A program made the translations under genes and the position numbers. A stretch of 64,000 nucleotides of DNA from the NCBI GenBank assembly GCA_051859245.1, contig JBHYGA010000005.1:64001-128000 (forward strand). The letters are read 5' to 3'. Shown one piece after another: positions 55,002 to 64,000 of the stretch. The notes under the pieces are model-generated. The model was not told the DNA's origin and ran no database searches. It worked only from the letters and a program-made list of their open reading frames with translations. The DNA is from Gemmatimonadaceae bacterium (GTDB taxonomy: Bacteria > Gemmatimonadota > Gemmatimonadetes > Gemmatimonadales > Gemmatimonadaceae). Within the stretch, counting starts at the first letter, position 1, and the number at the start of each line of letters is the position of its first letter.

Positions 55002-55697
55002 ATGACCACACGCTCTTTTTCGTCTTCCGCCCACTGGTGCGTTCCGGTACCGTCCATGCACATCAGTGCGGGCGCGGCCGGTGCCATGCTCACAATCACG
55101 CTGTTGCACGACACCGAGGTGTCGTTCGATGCCGGGCACGTGCTCGTGGTACACGATCCGCTTGGCCTCACTGCGGAACGACTGCTCGCGCATGTGTATC
55201 GGGTGGCGCTGCAGCGCGGCAGCGAAGGGCCATGGCGGGCCACGTCGGCCGTTGGTGCGCGATGGATGGCGGTGCAGCCGCCACTGGCGGCAATCTGGCC
55301 CGCCGTTGACCTGCTGCAGACGCGGCGCTGGCGCTCCGTGCCTGAACGCGGGCTGCTGACGGGCTCGCGGGGCGGCTCGCCACCGGAGCGGCCGCTTCGT
55401 GTGGCCGAGGCGCGGGGGGCCGGGGATTTTGCCGTGCGGGCGCCTGCCGGACTGCTTCTGTTGAGCGAATCGGCGCGCTCAGACGCCCTCTCGGCGGGCT
55501 CTGCGGCTCGGTTGCTCACCAGATGCCTGCGTCGTGGCTGGGCGGCTCTGGCCGCCACACGGGAGGGGCCGGTGCGGGGCGCACGTGATGCCGCTATCGC
55601 GAACGCCAGTGACATCACGACGGACGCCACCACGCCCGGCTGGCGATCACACGTGGTATGCGAAAGCGGCGTGCTGCGTCCTGTTGTTTCGCGCTAG
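55002..55697 (+). CDS. Hypothetical protein, possibly a degenerate ABC-ATPase remnant
   Basis: ORF fills the gap before cysS and its ends resemble NBD termini. Start uncertain. Confidence 0.45.
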   Translation: MTTRSFSSSAHWCVPVPSMHISAGAAGAMLTITLLHDTEVSFDAGHVLVVHDPLGLTAERLLAHVYRVALQRGSEGPWRATSAVGARWMAVQPPLAAIWPAVDLLQTRRWRSVPERGLLTGSRGGSPPERPLRVAEARGAGDFAVRAPAGLLLLSESARSDALSAGSAARLLTRCLRRGWAALAATREGPVRGARDAAIANASDITTDATTPGWRSHVVCESGVLRPVVSR

Positions 55698-55781
55698 ATT
55701 GGAGATTGGATCATGCTCGCTCTGCTCGACAGGCCGCACGCGACAGTACGCGATCAACCTTTCGCTCTTCGCTCTTTCTCC

Positions 55782-57191
55782 ATGCCCGAGTTCCGCCTTT
55801 ACAACACGCTCACGCGCCGCGTGGAGCCGTTTGCACCGGTTGATGGATCTACCGTTCGCATGTACGCCTGCGGACCCACGGTCTACAATCCGGCGCACCT
55901 CGGCAACTTCCGCACGTTCCTCTTTGAGGATCTCATGCGGCGCACGTTTGCGTTGTATGGCTGGGATGTGTTGCAGGTCATGAACCTGACCGACGTTGAT
56001 GACAAGATCATTCGCAAAGCCGCCGCGAACGGTCAGACCATCACGCAGGTCACCGAACCGTTCACTGAACTGTTTCACAAGGATCGCCGGTATCTGCGCA
56101 TTCAGGACGCCGAAGTGTATCCCAAGGCGACGGAGCACATTCCGGAAATGATTGCGTTGGTGGAGAAGCTGGTGGCCAACGGCACCTCGTATGTAGCCGA
56201 AGACGGTTCGGTGTATTTCGCGATTGATCGTTTTGCTGACTATGGCAAGTTGTCGCAGCTCGACAAGCGGGAAGTGCGCGCTGGTGCGCGCGTGGCGCAA
56301 GACGAATACGCCAAAGAAAATGCGCAGGATTTTGCGCTCTGGAAGAGTGCGAAAGGTGAAGACGAAGCGTCTGGCGCGGCGTGGGATTCTCCATGGGGCC
56401 GCGGACGTCCCGGCTGGCATCTCGAGTGCTCGGCGATGGCCATGAAGTACCTCGGCGAAACGTTTGATCTGCACGCCGGCGGTATCGATCTCATTTTTCC
56501 GCACCACGAAGACGAAATCGCGCAGTCCGAAGCGGCGACCGGAAAAACGTTTGCCCGCTGCTGGTGCCATGGTGAGTTCTTGCTCACGGATGGCGCAAAA
56601 ATGGCCAAGCGCGTGGGCAATGTGGCCACGGTGGTGGACCTGCGTGAGCAGGGCATTGATGGCGCCGTGTATCGCCACTTCATCTTCAACGCGCATTACC
56701 GCAAGCAGCTCAATCTTGGTGAAGATTCGCTCGAGCAGTCGCAGGCGGCGGTGCGTCGCATTGGTACGTTTGCGCGGCGACTGGCTGATGCAACCGGCGG
56801 TACACCCGCGTTGGCCGACGCCGCGAAACGCGCGGAAGAAGCGTTTCGCGCGGCGTTATTCGACGACCTGAATGCACCGGAAGGACTGGCCGCGTTGTTC
56901 ACGTTCATCACCGAAGGCAATCGCGAACTGGACGCAGGTGGCGGTGATGCGGCCGCGCTGGCCGAAGCGCGTCGGGTGTTTGCGGTGATTGACGGCGTGT
57001 TTGATCTTGTGCCGGCGTCAGACAATACGGACGGCGAGTTGGCGGCCTGGGTGGAGGAGCGTCTGGGCGCGCGCCGAGATGCGCGGGCTCGGCGGGACTT
57101 TGCGGCGGCGGATGCGATCCGGGCCGAAATTGTGGCGCGGGGCATCTCGCTCGAGGATACGCCGAACGGGACCAAGTGGCGGGCGGGGTAA
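55782..57191 (+). CDS. cysS: Cysteine--tRNA ligase
   Basis: CGPTVY, HLGN, GRPGWHLECS, FPHHEDE and KMAKR. Confidence 0.97.
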   Translation: MPEFRLYNTLTRRVEPFAPVDGSTVRMYACGPTVYNPAHLGNFRTFLFEDLMRRTFALYGWDVLQVMNLTDVDDKIIRKAAANGQTITQVTEPFTELFHKDRRYLRIQDAEVYPKATEHIPEMIALVEKLVANGTSYVAEDGSVYFAIDRFADYGKLSQLDKREVRAGARVAQDEYAKENAQDFALWKSAKGEDEASGAAWDSPWGRGRPGWHLECSAMAMKYLGETFDLHAGGIDLIFPHHEDEIAQSEAATGKTFARCWCHGEFLLTDGAKMAKRVGNVATVVDLREQGIDGAVYRHFIFNAHYRKQLNLGEDSLEQSQAAVRRIGTFARRLADATGGTPALADAAKRAEEAFRAALFDDLNAPEGLAALFTFITEGNRELDAGGGDAAALAEARRVFAVIDGVFDLVPASDNTDGELAAWVEERLGARRDARARRDFAAADAIRAEIVARGISLEDTPNGTKWRAG

Positions 57192-57338
57192 GCGCGGGCG
57201 CTGGCCCGTACCGATCCGCGCCCTCCGCCGCTTGATTTTGGGGGCCTGTAGCGGTTAACCTGCGCGTCTTGTCCGGAGCTCGTAGTGCGCGCTGCCAGCG
57301 GCGCTGCGAGAAGGTTTGCTCGACGCATGCCGTGTTGT

Positions 57339-57411
57339 GCTGACGTAGCTCAATTGGCAGAGCACCTGATTTGTAATCAGGCGGTTACCGGTTCGATTCC
57401 GGTCGTCAGCT
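57339..57411 (+). tRNA. tRNA-Thr(TGT)
   Basis: Acceptor stem GCTGACG/CGTCAGC, anticodon arm CCTGA-TTTGTAA-TCAGG, GGTTCGA T-loop. Confidence 0.96.
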
Positions 57412-57447
57412 TGTCCGGGGCGCCAGCGGTGCTGGTGCGCAGAGTTC

Positions 57448-57530
57448 GGTGAGGTACTCAAGTGGCCAACGAGATCAGACTGTAAATCTGACGGCGCAAG
57501 CCTTCGAAGGTTCGAATCCTTCCCTCACCA
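57448..57530 (+). tRNA. tRNA-Tyr(GTA)
   Basis: GGTGAGG/CCTCACC, TCAGA-CTGTAAA-TCTGA, long variable arm. Confidence 0.96.
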
Positions 57531-57571
57531 TGTGTTCGTCGGTTTTCGAGGCGAACGTGCAGGACCAGTAC

Positions 57572-57644
57572 GCGGGAGTAGCTCAGTTGGTAGAGCGCTA
57601 GCCTTCCAAGCTTGATGTCGCGGGTTCGAGTCCCGTCTCCCGCT
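57572..57644 (+). tRNA. tRNA-Gly(TCC)
   Basis: GCGGGAG/CTCCCGC, anticodon loop CTTCCAA, GGTTCGAG. Confidence 0.95.
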
Positions 57645-57676
57645 CTGAATACGTTCAAGTGCATACGCGCGATAAC

Positions 57677-57708
57677 CGCCGGCTCCGATTTCTCGGGGCC
57701 GGCGTTTT
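57677..57708 (+). terminator. Terminator of the tRNA operon
   Basis: CGCCGGCTCCGA-TTTC-TCGGGGCCGGCG-TTTT. Confidence 0.8.
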
Positions 57709-57840
57709 CGTAGTGGTCCTGCGCGTGGCGCAGTCATGTGCCGTTTCGTGCGCTGCATTCGCGAGCAGTGACGAAGCCGCGCACCGCAGGGTACACGATC
57801 GGAGATCTCGCTCGGTCCCTCCTCCTGTTTACACCGTAGC

Positions 57841-58524
57841 ATGCGACTACTCCTTGCTCTTTCACTGCTGACGCTCGTCATACCGAATCGAGCCGCTGCT
57901 CAAGCAGTGCGTGTCCCATTGACCTCGACAGATCGACTCCTGATTGGGACTACCTCGGCGAAGGTCGTCACCTTCGAGGGCGTCCAAGCCATCCAGGCCA
58001 CACAGGCGAGCGGTGGCCCGGAGGGGCTCATCTTGGTCCAGGGCCTCACCTTTGGCGACGGCGTTCTCGAACTCGATGTGGCTGGCCGCCCGGGAGCTGA
58101 GGCATCAGACGCGGCACGGGGATTCGTGGGCCTCGCCTTCCGCGTGCAGCCCGGCGAGAATGCGGCGGCGCCGCCGAGCTATGATGCGTTCTATCTGCGC
58201 CCCACGAACGGACGTGCAGTTGAACAGGAGCGGCGCAATCATGCGACACAATACATCTCGCACCCCGAGTGGACGTGGTCCCGGCTAAGGCGTGAGTCCC
58301 CGTCGCGCTACGAAGCGTATGTGGACCTCGAGCCCGATCGCTGGACACGTCTCCGCATCGAGGTGTCCGCAGACACGGCGCGATTGTATGTGCATGGGCA
58401 AGCGCAACCCACACTGATTGTGACCGATCTCAAGACGGGGCCGCGCGCCAGTGGAGGCGTGGGACTGTGGGTAGGTCCGGGAACGGTAGCGCATTTCCGT
58501 AACCTGCGCGTACATCCGCGCTAG
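57841..58524 (+). CDS. Secreted ConA-like beta-sandwich protein (DUF1080-like)
   Basis: Signal peptide, FVGLAFR, FYLRP and AHFRNLRV. Confidence 0.7.
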   Translation: MRLLLALSLLTLVIPNRAAAQAVRVPLTSTDRLLIGTTSAKVVTFEGVQAIQATQASGGPEGLILVQGLTFGDGVLELDVAGRPGAEASDAARGFVGLAFRVQPGENAAAPPSYDAFYLRPTNGRAVEQERRNHATQYISHPEWTWSRLRRESPSRYEAYVDLEPDRWTRLRIEVSADTARLYVHGQAQPTLIVTDLKTGPRASGGVGLWVGPGTVAHFRNLRVHPR

Positions 58525-58529
58525 ACACT

Positions 58530-58913
58530 ATGCGAAGTCTCGAAGACATCCTGCAGTCCACCTCGGACAGCTTGTTTCCCGCCGATATGGGTCGGCGGCC
58601 GGTGCGCATTGATAGTCGAAGCGCAGACGGAGACACGCCGCTTCATGTCCTGCTGTCAAGAAAAGACGTTGCTGGCGCGAAGGCGCTGCTGGAAGCGGGC
58701 GCAGATCCCAACGCGATTGGCGACATGGGCGAGACGCCGTTACACGTGGCAATTCGTCAGGGTGCCTTGGCTGCGATCGAGGCGCTGCTCATGGCCGGTG
58801 CCAATGCGGATATTCGCTCAGAGTTTGGCGATTCCCCGCGGACCATGGCCGCCGCCAAAAACGGCGACATGGCTCGTCTGCTGAAGCGCGCGGCACCGAA
58901 AAAAGAACGCTAG
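58530..58913 (+). CDS. Ankyrin-repeat protein
   Basis: GDTPLH, LLEAGADPN and GETPLH. Confidence 0.9.
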   Translation: MRSLEDILQSTSDSLFPADMGRRPVRIDSRSADGDTPLHVLLSRKDVAGAKALLEAGADPNAIGDMGETPLHVAIRQGALAAIEALLMAGANADIRSEFGDSPRTMAAAKNGDMARLLKRAAPKKER

Positions 58914-58960
58914 CCGAAACACAAGTGCGTATCGCGCGAACGGGTTTCGAGCGCGCTCGT

Positions 58961-59551
58961 TCAGTTCTTGAGCGACTGCCGAATTTCCTCCAGCAGCGCG
59001 TCCACTGTCAGCGTGCCCTCCTGCTGCCGCGCAAGCAATCCGCGTAACCACTCTCGCTGAGCAGTTGCGGCGCGGACACCGTACGTCAGCGTGATGACGG
59101 GTCCCAGCTGCGCTGCCTCGGGCACCGGAGTGCGCAGCGCATCGACCGCCTCGAGAATCGAGCGATACCCCGCCAGTTCCGTCTCGGCGTGTGCAAGCTC
59201 TGAGGACAGGAGATCGCGCAACGACTCAGAAGAAAGTCGACCGGCGAAAAAAAGCTTGACGAGCAGCGGCTCGCGCCGCGGGACAGGCGGCATCGGCGCT
59301 GCCAACCATGCGTCGAGCGCCTCACGGCCAGCTTCGGTCAAATGAAAAACCTTCCGGTCCGGGCGCGACACCTGCGCCACCCGCTCGTGCATCACGAGAC
59401 CCTGTGCGTCGAGTTCACTCAAGGTGCGGTAGATCGCCGCCTGGTCCGCCGTCCAGAAGTGACCCACCGATTCATCGACGCGACGCTTCAGATCATAGCC
59501 GCTCATCGGGCGCATCGAGAGGAAGCCGAGCAGGGCGTGGCGCAATGACAT
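58961..59551 (-). CDS. PadR-family transcriptional regulator
   Basis: SLRHALLGFL, SGYDL, FW...IYRTL, PDRKVFHLTEAG and LLVKLFF. Confidence 0.93.
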   Translation of the reverse strand: MSLRHALLGFLSMRPMSGYDLKRRVDESVGHFWTADQAAIYRTLSELDAQGLVMHERVAQVSRPDRKVFHLTEAGREALDAWLAAPMPPVPRREPLLVKLFFAGRLSSESLRDLLSSELAHAETELAGYRSILEAVDALRTPVPEAAQLGPVITLTYGVRAATAQREWLRGLLARQQEGTLTVDALLEEIRQSLKN

Positions 59552-59607
59552 GACAGACGACCGGATGGGGCGTGAATGGACTATCACTTGAATATATCAT
59601 CGGTCCT

Positions 59608-59627
59608 ATATATGATAGCTCATATAT
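59608..59627. promoter_or_regulatory. Putative PadR operator
   Basis: ATATATGA-TAGC-TCATATAT, a perfect palindrome in the AT-rich divergent promoter. Confidence 0.65.
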
Positions 59628-61308
59628 GCGACACGTCATCAATCTCTTGTTGTTCACCCTGGCTGCATGCGCGGCGCCGCGGGCTTCGCTGAGTCGACCC
59701 TCAATTCCAGTCGACTCCAGCGTGCAGCTGGCAGCCGACGTGGTGCTGCCGCTGAATCGACCGTCAGGCGGCGTGCCAACGATCCTTATCCAGACGCGAT
59801 ATTGGCGATCGTTCCGCCTCATCGGTGGCGGCGGGCCAGTTCCGCCTCAGGGTCCGCGCGAACCAATCGTCGACCGCCTCGTGGCGGCCGGGTTCGGGGT
59901 CGTCATCACCGATGTCCGTGGCACGGGTGCCTCGGATGGCAGCTGGCGCTGGCCGTGGTCGACGGCGGAGGTGCGCGATATGCGCGCGGTGATCGACTGG
60001 ATCGTGGCGCAACCGTGGTCAAATGGGACCGTGGGCGCGACGGGCGTGTCGTACGAGGGCACGACAGCACTGCTTACGGCCGCGGTTCGTCATCCCGCCC
60101 TGAAGGCCGTGCTCGCGCGCCAAATCGAGTGGGAGCTCGCGGATGAGACGTTAGCTCCCGGTGGCGTGCGAAACGCGCTGTTCCCCGAGGTCTGGGGCCG
60201 AACCGTGGATGCGCTCGATCACGGACGCTATCCCGAGGTCTTCCCGCGCTTCGGGAAGTTCTTCATCAGAGGTGTAGCGCGCCGAGGCGATGATCGCGAC
60301 GGTACGATGCAAGCGCAACGTGAGCGTGCGCGTGCGTCTTCCGATATCTCCGAGCGTGTGCGCCATGTCTACGCCGGCCGTGACCCGTTCGGCGCGAACG
60401 GTCCACCTGTCGACTCAATCGGTCCGGCTGGTCACGCCACCGCACTCGGTGCAACGCGGGCGGTGGTCGCGATCTGGGGCAGTTGGTGGGATGGCGGCAC
60501 AGCCGACGCGGTATTTCGGGCCGACTCCGTGATGCCACTCGCGCAGGCGGTGATCGGCGGCTGGACACATGAGGGTGATCGCAGCGCGAGTCCGCTGCCG
60601 CAGCGCGGGAACGTGCAACACACCGTCGACCTCGAGTCAGTGGTGGCGTTCTTCCAGCGCACGGTGCGTGAGGATGCCGCACCCTTGGATAGCACTCAAC
60701 GCGTACGCTGGTACACTGCGGGCTCCGGCCAGTGGCGCACCGCCTCGACGTGGCCGAGTACGACACCGCGCGCATGGAGCATGCGCGAGGCCAACACGCC
60801 GACGCGTGCGGGCGCGATCGACACGTGGATCGCTCATGGAAAAGCCACGACCGGCACCAATACGCGCTGGACGACTGGCCTGGTGCGGCCGGTTGATGTG
60901 CGCGAGCGCGCTTCAGCCACCGGTGTGTTCACGTATGTGCTGCCGCCCCTTGTCGATTCGCTGCACGTCTTTGGTGCGGGCGCGTTCACGTGTGCCATGC
61001 ACGCGGATGTCCCGGAAGCGACGCTGCACGTGTACGTCGAGTCTGTTGATCCGTCTGGTCGCGTCCGACTGCTCACTGAGGGTATGCAGCGCGTCGTGCG
61101 CAAGCTCGGCCCGGTACCACCTGAAGAATCGGTCACGATACGTATCCGCCCGGTTGCGTTTGCACTACCACCGCAATGGCGTCTTCGCGTGGCGCTTGCG
61201 GGCGAAGACGTACCCACATTCGAGCGCGTGCCCGCTAGTGGAGACGTCACCTGGCGCGTCGATCCAAGCCGCTGTGTGCTCACGCTCCCGACCGAACGCA
61301 CGCCCTGA
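59626..61308 (+). CDS. CocE/NonD-family serine hydrolase (lipoprotein)
   Basis: Lipobox LAAC, TRY, DVRGTGASDG, QPWSNG and GVSYEG. Confidence 0.9.
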   Translation: MRHVINLLLFTLAACAAPRASLSRPSIPVDSSVQLAADVVLPLNRPSGGVPTILIQTRYWRSFRLIGGGGPVPPQGPREPIVDRLVAAGFGVVITDVRGTGASDGSWRWPWSTAEVRDMRAVIDWIVAQPWSNGTVGATGVSYEGTTALLTAAVRHPALKAVLARQIEWELADETLAPGGVRNALFPEVWGRTVDALDHGRYPEVFPRFGKFFIRGVARRGDDRDGTMQAQRERARASSDISERVRHVYAGRDPFGANGPPVDSIGPAGHATALGATRAVVAIWGSWWDGGTADAVFRADSVMPLAQAVIGGWTHEGDRSASPLPQRGNVQHTVDLESVVAFFQRTVREDAAPLDSTQRVRWYTAGSGQWRTASTWPSTTPRAWSMREANTPTRAGAIDTWIAHGKATTGTNTRWTTGLVRPVDVRERASATGVFTYVLPPLVDSLHVFGAGAFTCAMHADVPEATLHVYVESVDPSGRVRLLTEGMQRVVRKLGPVPPEESVTIRIRPVAFALPPQWRLRVALAGEDVPTFERVPASGDVTWRVDPSRCVLTLPTERTP

Positions 61309-61330
61309 CCACCGCTTCCCTCTTCTTGAT

Positions 61331-62830
61331 ATGACAATCGTTTCGTGTTCACGGGTCGCGCGTGCCGCGGCATGCACGCTGCTCGTGCTGTCGGTTGCCA
61401 CGACTCCGCTACTCGCTCAAATGTCGTCGGATACCAGCACGGTCACCTTCGAACCCTTCACGCTCACGACACGTGCACACGGCGCAATCGCTGCGGAGAT
61501 TGGCACGCTGCGACTACCGAGTCGTCATCGCGAACCGAATGGCGCGACACTCGCGCTGCGATTTGTACGCCTGAAAGCGGTGCGCCCCTCGTCTGCGCCA
61601 CCGGTCATTTATCTCGCCGGTGGGCCCGGCGGCTCCGGCATCGACGCCGCACTCGGCGTTCGATGGCCGGTATTCAACGCCGTGCGGCAACATGCCGATG
61701 TGATCCTGCTCGATCAGCGAGGGACGGGGCGCTCGGAACCGCCGCCGCCATGTCCGCGCGCGGAGTCACCCGCGTGGCCTTCGCACGTCGCCCTCTCGGC
61801 CGACGAAGCGGTTCTCGCACTCCAGCGCGAAGCGCAACGCTGCGTCACGGCGTGGCGCGACCTCGGCGTTGATCTCAACGCGTACACCACCATCGAAAGC
61901 GCGCACGATGTCGAACGTGTGCGACGCGCCCTCGGCGTTGAGCAGGTGAATCTGTGGGGCATGAGCTATGGCACTCATCTCGCGCTCGCGGTGATGCGCG
62001 CGTACCCCACGCGCATCGGGCGCGTGGTACTGATGGGAACCGAAGGTCCGGATCACACGCTCAAGACGCCGCTCGAAGCGGACCGTCTGCTCGAACGCCT
62101 CCACCGATGGGTGGCGCGCGATCGCGAGGCCGGCGTCTTCACGCGGGATCTGTCGGGCGATCTTGCGCGTGCGTTGGCGCGACTTGATAGCGCGCCGTTG
62201 AGCGTGAAGCTGCCGGGCATGGCAGCCGATGCGCCACCACTTCGACTTGGTGTGTTCGATCTGCAGCTCACGGTTGCTGGACTGCTTGGGCGTGCGCAAA
62301 CGAGCAGTCTGCTACCCGTGATGCTCAGCGGCCTGCGCCAGGGAGATGCCACGTTGTTTGCGCAGCTCGCGTGGCAGGTTCGACAACAGGTCACGCGTTT
62401 CTCGGCGATGTCACTGGCAATGGACGTTGCATCCGGTGCAAGCACTGCTCGCCGCGCGCTGGTGTCCACGCAGGAGCGCGAGAGTGTGCTCGGCCGCGCC
62501 CTCAACTTCCCCTGGCCCGACCTGCGCGCCGACTCACTCGGCTTGCCTGATGTTGGGGACGACTTTCGCGCGCCGCTCGTGAGCCGCACCCCTGCGCTCT
62601 TCATCAGCGGCACGATGGACGGCCGCACACCGGTGGCGAACGCGACGGAAGTGATGCGTCGCTTCCGCAATCCGCAGCATCTGATCCTCGATCAGGCCGG
62701 GCACGACGATGATTTATGGACGTCGTCCGCGACGATTGCGGAGCGGATTGCGAAATTCCTTGCCGGTGATTCGGTTCGCAGTGGTACACTGCGAACCAAG
62801 CTGCTGCGTGTGCCGCGGACACCGCGCTGA
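61331..62830 (+). CDS. Secreted alpha/beta hydrolase (TAP-like peptidase)
   Basis: GGPGGSG, DQRGTG, GMSYG, DGRTP and AGH. Confidence 0.9.
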   Translation: MTIVSCSRVARAAACTLLVLSVATTPLLAQMSSDTSTVTFEPFTLTTRAHGAIAAEIGTLRLPSRHREPNGATLALRFVRLKAVRPSSAPPVIYLAGGPGGSGIDAALGVRWPVFNAVRQHADVILLDQRGTGRSEPPPPCPRAESPAWPSHVALSADEAVLALQREAQRCVTAWRDLGVDLNAYTTIESAHDVERVRRALGVEQVNLWGMSYGTHLALAVMRAYPTRIGRVVLMGTEGPDHTLKTPLEADRLLERLHRWVARDREAGVFTRDLSGDLARALARLDSAPLSVKLPGMAADAPPLRLGVFDLQLTVAGLLGRAQTSSLLPVMLSGLRQGDATLFAQLAWQVRQQVTRFSAMSLAMDVASGASTARRALVSTQERESVLGRALNFPWPDLRADSLGLPDVGDDFRAPLVSRTPALFISGTMDGRTPVANATEVMRRFRNPQHLILDQAGHDDDLWTSSATIAERIAKFLAGDSVRSGTLRTKLLRVPRTPR

Positions 62831-63931
62831 CTATCGACCAATCAGTTTGACATCCACGATTCCGACGCGCGGTTCACCGGCCAGATCCACGCTGTATTTC
62901 ACCAGTCTTCCGCCAGGTAAGATTCCGGTAACCCAGCCGACGATCTCCGTGCGTGTGACGACGCGTCCCGTGGTGAGGTCGAGCACTTCGAGCACGGTGT
63001 TGTAGAGTTTCTCGATCGCGATCGCGCTCACACGGATCTCTTGCTGCAACGACACGCCGCTCCACGCCGCGGCCCAGCCCGGCGCGGGCACCTGCGTGGT
63101 CACCCAGAGCAGTCCCGTGGAATCCACCCACGTGCCGGTAATCGCTACGGGCGGCGGATTCGCGGGGGCGAGATTACGAATGGACGGCTCAGCGAACCAC
63201 GCTGGCCGTCGCTCGAACTGGCGCCGTTCCACGCCGAGCCTGCTCCAGCGCGTGATGTCGTACGCGCGACGATCCACAGTGATTGTGCTTGCCGTCGCAC
63301 CCACGTTGATGTGCTGCGTCACGTCCGGCGAGTAGCCTTTGCGCAGCACACCGTCAACCGAACCGAAGGTGCGCGTTGATTGTGCAGTCGAACCACGGAA
63401 ACTCATGAGGTACAACGGCTCGACCGAGGCCTTCGGCCCGTAGCTGCGCCCGCTGATCAACACACTGTCTGGCCAACGAACCACCGCGCCAGAGCCGAAC
63501 GTGTACGGATACGGAATGCTTCGGATGAACTGCAGTGCGGGTGACAGCACTGATGCACGGGCATTCGGCGGATCAATCACGAGCAGTGAATCACCCGGCA
63601 GCGTTATGATGTCGCTTGGCCCTTGGTATTCATTGGGTCCACGTCCATCACGACCGATCGTCTGCACAAAACGTCCGGCGTTATCGAATACCAGAATCGA
63701 CGCGTCGGCGAGCACGTAAATGCGTCCGCGATTGTCAGCCCTGACCTGTTGGGGCGCAGACGCGATCGCGTGTTGCGGCGGCACGCGCAGAAACACCGGC
63801 GGTGACATGCTTATGCGACACGCGGCGCACGACACCTGATCGGGAATGCGTTGCGCCGCCTGCGCGTTCGCATCAACGACGCAGAGTGACGCGAAGAATC
63901 CAACTGCGAACAACCGCCGCGCTCGACTCAC
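62831..63931 (-). CDS. Secreted 6-bladed beta-propeller protein
   Basis: Signal peptide and VFDNAGRFVQTIGRDGRGPNEY. Confidence 0.75.
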   Translation of the reverse strand: MSRARRLFAVGFFASLCVVDANAQAAQRIPDQVSCAACRISMSPPVFLRVPPQHAIASAPQQVRADNRGRIYVLADASILVFDNAGRFVQTIGRDGRGPNEYQGPSDIITLPGDSLLVIDPPNARASVLSPALQFIRSIPYPYTFGSGAVVRWPDSVLISGRSYGPKASVEPLYLMSFRGSTAQSTRTFGSVDGVLRKGYSPDVTQHINVGATASTITVDRRAYDITRWSRLGVERRQFERRPAWFAEPSIRNLAPANPPPVAITGTWVDSTGLLWVTTQVPAPGWAAAWSGVSLQQEIRVSAIAIEKLYNTVLEVLDLTTGRVVTRTEIVGWVTGILPGGRLVKYSVDLAGEPRVGIVDVKLIGR

Positions 63932-64000
63932 GAATGCTGAGGTGCGCCCAACACGTTGCGAAAAAGCGCATCGACATCAATCACGAGCGAATTGGTCGCA

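Noticed and set aside
57598..57614. T-T mismatch in the tRNA-Gly anticodon stem suggesting a pseudo-tRNA
   Set aside because: It is a single mismatch, and all other arms and invariant bases are intact.
60569..61330. N-terminal 254 codons of the 753-aa ORF as a fusion domain
   Set aside because: They overlap the CocE gene in another frame. The real start with a signal peptide is ATG 61331.

Overview
GC-rich chromosomal core region. Gene content and order suggest a Gemmatimonadota bacterium (inference). It carries DNA metabolism genes (tdk, sbcD-sbcC, ligA, gyrB, dciA, recF, uvrA), central metabolism genes (aspC, fadD, pdp, gdhA, mtnA, glpK, sdaAB/sdaAA), cytochrome c maturation genes (ccmE-F-H-I-like), pspA, cysS and a tRNA-Thr/Tyr/Gly cluster. 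After the tRNAs comes an accessory block of secreted hydrolases next to a PadR regulator. I found no integrase, transposase, phage gene or CRISPR array. Best candidates for something new: (1) a PTPS-II + folE + sepiapterin-reductase-like SDR operon, predicted to make tetrahydrobiopterin, directly downstream of a probable 6S RNA whose leader can compete with a terminator; (2) a DeaD/CsdA-like pseudo-helicase that has lost its ATPase motifs but kept the DbpA RNA-binding domain and RGG tail; (3) a ~280-bp imperfect hairpin filling the recF-dciA spacer, plus a second palindromic, G-tract-rich element between gyrB and gdhA; (4) a CxxxY-type CcmE paired with a Cys-rich, twin-arginine CcmH; (5) a GNAT gene translationally coupled to sbcCD. 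All calls come from reading motifs by eye. No searches or folding computations were run.
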